Below are positions 60,739 through 64,000 of a stretch of 64,000 nt of DNA, one piece after another; the first letter of the stretch is position 1; every line of letters begins with the position of its first letter. The stretch is from Dehalococcoidia bacterium (GTDB lineage Bacteria; Chloroflexota; Dehalococcoidia; Plut-88900): positions 2,688,001-2,752,000 of the forward strand of contig OZ240215.1 in assembly GCA_965197585.1 (NCBI GenBank). Direction: 5' to 3'. The notes beneath the pieces are model-generated. The model searched no databases and was not told the origin of the DNA. It saw only the letters and a list, made by a program, of their open reading frames with translations. The position numbers and the translations under genes are program-made.

Positions 60739-61623
60739 TTATATCCGTGAGGCGACCAGTCTGATCTCCCTTTTCGTCCTAGACCCCCACGGAGCCCTCT
60801 CGGGTCTCCGCTTCTCCACCATCTCCAGAATCCACCCCATGCTCCGAGGTGTCTCGGCCAGCCCACTCCTTACAGCAGGCGTGGTGCCAATGGAGGAGTG
60901 ACGCCGGACGAAGTTGTAGTAGGTGAAATAAAGGGCCAGGGCGTGGCGGTGGTTCTCGATCTTCTTCGAGAACGCGTCGGTCTTCCTCGTGTACCTACGC
61001 ACTCCCATCCTCATGCTCCGGTTCATCCGCTCGACCAGGGAGGTGCTGATGAATCGCTCATCGGGAGAGCCTGAGACTATCTCGGCGACCGACATCACTC
61101 TGCTGTCCTCCTCTGGATGGGGTACGAACACCTTAACGATCCGTGCGAAATCGGCGTCTGCTCCAAAGGCCGACTCGATGGCGGGAACGTAGGCCTGATA
61201 GCCATCCGTGGTGATCTGGACCCGTCCCTCGAGACGAGCGCGTAGGTCGAGCATGAACTCATTTGCGGAGGACTGAGTGCGATCTCCCACAAGCCAAGAC
61301 ACCATGAGCTTCGAATCGGGGTCAAGGGCCGTCCACGTCCACACATCCCCCGCCCACTCTGGGTTACCCAGAATTCGAGGGACATTCTTCTGTCGGGCGT
61401 AGGCGTAGCACCAGATCTCGTCGCACTCAATTCGCCGAATCCGAATACCCCTCATATGATCGTGGTGGAAGGCCGCACACGCCTCTCCAGCCTCTCGGAG
61501 GAGCTTGAGCACGGTATTAGTAGACACTCCCGTGAGGCGGGCGGTGGAGCGGATGCTCGATCCCTCAACGAGCATTCCGAGAATGCCTATCCTAGTGTGC
61601 GTCGGTAGCTGGTGCATGCACAC
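60739..61623 (-). CDS. IS1-family DDE transposase (single ORF)
   Basis: N-terminal HTH (EG.SIRSTARLTGVS.NTV), CDEIW, TTDG..AY, VERMN, FSKK.ENH, YYNF.R.H. Confidence 0.92.
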   Translation of the reverse strand: MCMHQLPTHTRIGILGMLVEGSSIRSTARLTGVSTNTVLKLLREAGEACAAFHHDHMRGIRIRRIECDEIWCYAYARQKNVPRILGNPEWAGDVWTWTALDPDSKLMVSWLVGDRTQSSANEFMLDLRARLEGRVQITTDGYQAYVPAIESAFGADADFARIVKVFVPHPEEDSRVMSVAEIVSGSPDERFISTSLVERMNRSMRMGVRRYTRKTDAFSKKIENHRHALALYFTYYNFVRRHSSIGTTPAVRSGLAETPRSMGWILEMVEKRRPERAPWGSRTKREIRLVASRI

Positions 61624-61676
61624 AATGTACAGTTAGGGGGTAATTCAAGAAATACCCCGAATGGGTAAGGCTAGTG

Positions 61677-61838
61677 TTAGTCTGAGGAGTCGGGTTTACG
61701 CTCGCTCGCCGCAGGACGGAGCTCCCTCTCGTCCTGAGCGTACTCCTCCGTGATCTGCCGGGTCGCTATTCGGCCCACCATCACGGCGGCGGATACGGGG
61801 CTGACGGGTCGTTTCTGTCCCTGTGGTCCTGTGGGCAT
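61677..61838 (-). CDS. 53-aa small protein of the type that accompanies these IS1-like transposases
   Basis: Hand translation MPTGPQGQKRPVSPVSAAVMVGRIATRQITEEYAQDERELRPAASERKPDSSD; AGGAG SD. Confidence 0.7.
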   Translation of the reverse strand: MPTGPQGQKRPVSPVSAAVMVGRIATRQITEEYAQDERELRPAASERKPDSSD

Positions 61839-61917
61839 GACGTCACTCCTTGGTTAGCTTAGCGCATTCTAATACTGCGTACAAGGACGCGAAATACCCC
61901 CACTCCTCCTCTGTCCT

Positions 61918-62538
61918 CTACGGATCGATCAGAGTCCACCAGTGGCACCCATTGGACAGGAACCCTCGGTCAGTCTCCTTAATGGTGACGATCATCTCAA
62001 AGTCCCCGAGCCCGTTCACTATCACGTCGTCCAGCGTCCCACCGAACCCACTCAACCTCTCCCAGTAGCACACGTCCAGTCCTGGGGTGCGGTACGTTCC
62101 CGGCTCTATGTCCCGACCCACTCGCCAGACCCCGTCACCGAAGCCCGGTATGGGGATCTGAGTGGGAATCCTAGGAGTGGATGTGGAGGGTGATGATCTC
62201 GCCGTTGAGGTTGGAGCCGGGGTGGTCCTGGTGGGCTCGGAGTCCAGGCTGGCTAACACCGACACAACAATGACCACGGCTATTATGACCGCTATAACTA
62301 TGGGGAGGACACAACACAGCGTCATCCCCACCCTCGTACTCTGTCTGTTGAGACTCTCTCTGTGGCTCTGCTTTATCCTCTCCAACGCGTGGAACCCCCC
62401 TTCGGCAGTACTGGCTGTGACTTGCCGGTCGACAGCACCCGACGCCACCTCAGGGGGGCACGAGGCCAGCCCATTAAGGCGTCGGGTATATGACCGGCAA
62501 GTCGGGGGAACCATACGACGCACGATGATCCGAGTCAA
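61918..62538 (-). CDS. Membrane-anchored protein with P/T linker and small extracellular domain
   Basis: TM helix, then FGDGVWRVGRDIEPGTYRT...CYWERLSGF; true start uncertain. Confidence 0.7.
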   Translation of the reverse strand: MTRIIVRRMVPPTCRSYTRRLNGLASCPPEVASGAVDRQVTASTAEGGFHALERIKQSHRESLNRQSTRVGMTLCCVLPIVIAVIIAVVIVVSVLASLDSEPTRTTPAPTSTARSSPSTSTPRIPTQIPIPGFGDGVWRVGRDIEPGTYRTPGLDVCYWERLSGFGGTLDDVIVNGLGDFEMIVTIKETDRGFLSNGCHWWTLIDP

Positions 62539-62579
62539 TACGCACCTAGGGTGTTAAAATGTTTCTAGGTTTTTAAAGA

Positions 62580-62843
62580 ATGGCCCTCCCGCTAGATGAG
62601 AGCAGGAAGGCCGATGCCAAAAAACGAGCAAACCTACAACGAAAGGAATACCCAATGGCATTAATAGTAAATCTCAAACTCAACGGCCCAGAAATAGCTA
62701 GTTTATATGGAGATAACCCGGAGCGAACGATCCCGGACTTAATAGAGGAGGTGAGGAGTAGGCCAGGGAACCGTAGGGGAGACTGGTACGTGTTCACCCC
62801 TTTAACAAGGAGACAGTTGGGAGCAACCCATGACCAAAGGTAG
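62580..62843 (+). CDS. Hypothetical protein
   Basis: 87 aa; overlaps the start of the next gene. Confidence 0.45.
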   Translation: MALPLDESRKADAKKRANLQRKEYPMALIVNLKLNGPEIASLYGDNPERTIPDLIEEVRSRPGNRRGDWYVFTPLTRRQLGATHDQR

Positions 62844-63246
62844 GGATCAAATCAGAGACGCGTTGGAGCATGACGAGGTAGTCCGAGCTATCGAGGATGT
62901 CTATCATCAGAAGAGGAAACACGTCTGGATAAATCCAGGCTCTGAGAAGAACTGCAAATGGGGTGACTATTACATTGATGTGATCGCTTCTGACAGCCCT
63001 AATCCGGACGTGGCATGGGTGATCGAGGTAGAGACTACCTCTTCGATTTCCTCAAGTGAGGCAAGGCAACAGTGGAACAACTATGATCGGACTTATGAGA
63101 ATTGGCATCTGGCTGTCCCTGTCAGTCACGAAGATAAGACAGAGGAACTGCTAGAGGAACACAATATCGAACGATGTCATATCGTCACTTGGGCTCGGGA
63201 CCCAGATGATGCGAATTACATCAATTTCAGGGGACTTCCGGACTAG
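62830..63246 (+). CDS. Small PD-(D/E)XK restriction-endonuclease-like protein
   Basis: YYIDVIA...WVIEVET...ARQQW..Y...LAVP. Confidence 0.55.
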   Translation: MTKGRDQIRDALEHDEVVRAIEDVYHQKRKHVWINPGSEKNCKWGDYYIDVIASDSPNPDVAWVIEVETTSSISSSEARQQWNNYDRTYENWHLAVPVSHEDKTEELLEEHNIERCHIVTWARDPDDANYINFRGLPD

Positions 63247-63357
63247 AAGGATTACAGACTGAACTGGGTCTGCCTCCTACCCACTTTCAATGGGGTTTAT
63301 ATACCCAATTCCGCCGATGGAACCTCGCGTCTAGCTCAATGTTGACTTCGCTATCGA

Positions 63358-63681
63358 TTAGGTTTTATCAGGTAGCCCCTTGAGAAAATCCTGCGCCTTC
63401 TCCCAGTTTTGGTCGGCCTTGATTTCAGCTTCTACCCGCAGCTTAAGCAAAGAGTCGCAAACCTCTTCAATAGCTTCCTGTACTGAACTGGTGTTACCGC
63501 TCTCACCGGCGTCGCTGGGCCTTCCGCCAGATGTGACGAAATAATGGTATCCATTACCCGTAGCCTGTATGCTGCCCGCATAGTGCCCTGACGCGTAATG
63601 GGTTACATAGAGAGTGCGGCTATTGCTCTTATTTTCTTCACTAAGTTCAAACACCGTGTCCTTATACGAATACTTCTTCAA
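63358..63681 (-). CDS. Hypothetical protein
   Basis: 107 aa; AGGAGG SD before TTG. Confidence 0.6.
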   Translation of the reverse strand: MKKYSYKDTVFELSEENKSNSRTLYVTHYASGHYAGSIQATGNGYHYFVTSGGRPSDAGESGNTSSVQEAIEEVCDSLLKLRVEAEIKADQNWEKAQDFLKGLPDKT

Positions 63682-63704
63682 TCCAGCCTCCTGGCAATTA
63701 TGTT

Positions 63705-63914
63705 TTAGCGCTTGCTCTTATTATGACACTGCTTGCAACGATTGTCGTTATAGCAGATCTCCGGGTAGTACACGGCCCGCCCACAGGTGACGCACTTGTA
63801 GTCGGTGGGTGGTGTTGTTGTGGGAACGGGTCTGGCGGCAGACACCCTTCGGGCTAGCATTGCCCCCACCTCCATTGGGTCTAGCTCGTCTTGTTCCCCA
63901 CGCGGGAGCCCCAA
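63705..63914 (-). CDS. Small Cys-rich (zinc-finger-like) hypothetical protein
   Basis: CVTC...C....CKQC; start uncertain. Confidence 0.4.
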   Translation of the reverse strand: MGLPRGEQDELDPMEVGAMLARRVSAARPVPTTTPPTDYKCVTCGRAVYYPEICYNDNRCKQCHNKSKR

Positions 63915-64000
63915 GTCAATGCGTGGAGGGAGCTTGTTTTTGCCGATGGGGTGGACGAACCGCTTCTTGGTGCGGCTAATCGGTCGACTTAAACTGAGAC

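Larger units (their letters stand above)
59915..64000. mobile_element. IS1-family element with passenger genes; right TIR cut by the window edge
   Basis: Left end ggtagtgtctcagtttgagttga (59915-59937); right end tcgacttaaactgagac (63984-64000) is its inverted repeat at 15 of 17 nt; contains a DDE transposase. Confidence 0.85.

Overview
A GC-rich bacterial chromosomal segment. Gene content (luciferase-like monooxygenase, tandem SDR and CoA-transferase paralogs, amidohydrolase, many toxin-antitoxin remnants, Pro/Thr-linker lipoproteins, a T-box) suggests Chloroflexota of the Dehalococcoidia/SAR202 type; this is inference. The backbone is a Trp T-box-controlled trpE-[5 SDRs]-trpGDCFB operon with no trpA, then hpt, uvrA, leuS, leuCD, three 4-hydroxybutyrate-type CoA-transferases interrupted by a C5-MTase/GIY-YIG/Vsr cassette, iscA-ygfZ, a split D-glutamate-cyclase-like pair, mazG and a branched-chain 2-oxoacid dehydrogenase. 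A ~4.1 kb IS1-family element with passenger genes lies at the right edge. The most unusual observation is a ~730-750 bp non-coding element present twice (15115-15860 and 26978-27705), upstream of uvrA and leuS. Each copy has a conserved promoter with a LexA-like box, a strong Shine-Dalgarno with no start codon, a conserved ~160 nt core, a long-range stem whose inner half differs between copies but stays paired, a ~365-415 nt variable array of hairpins, and a conserved tail. It looks like a modular, possibly SOS-induced large ncRNA family that I do not recognise. All structure calls were made by eye.
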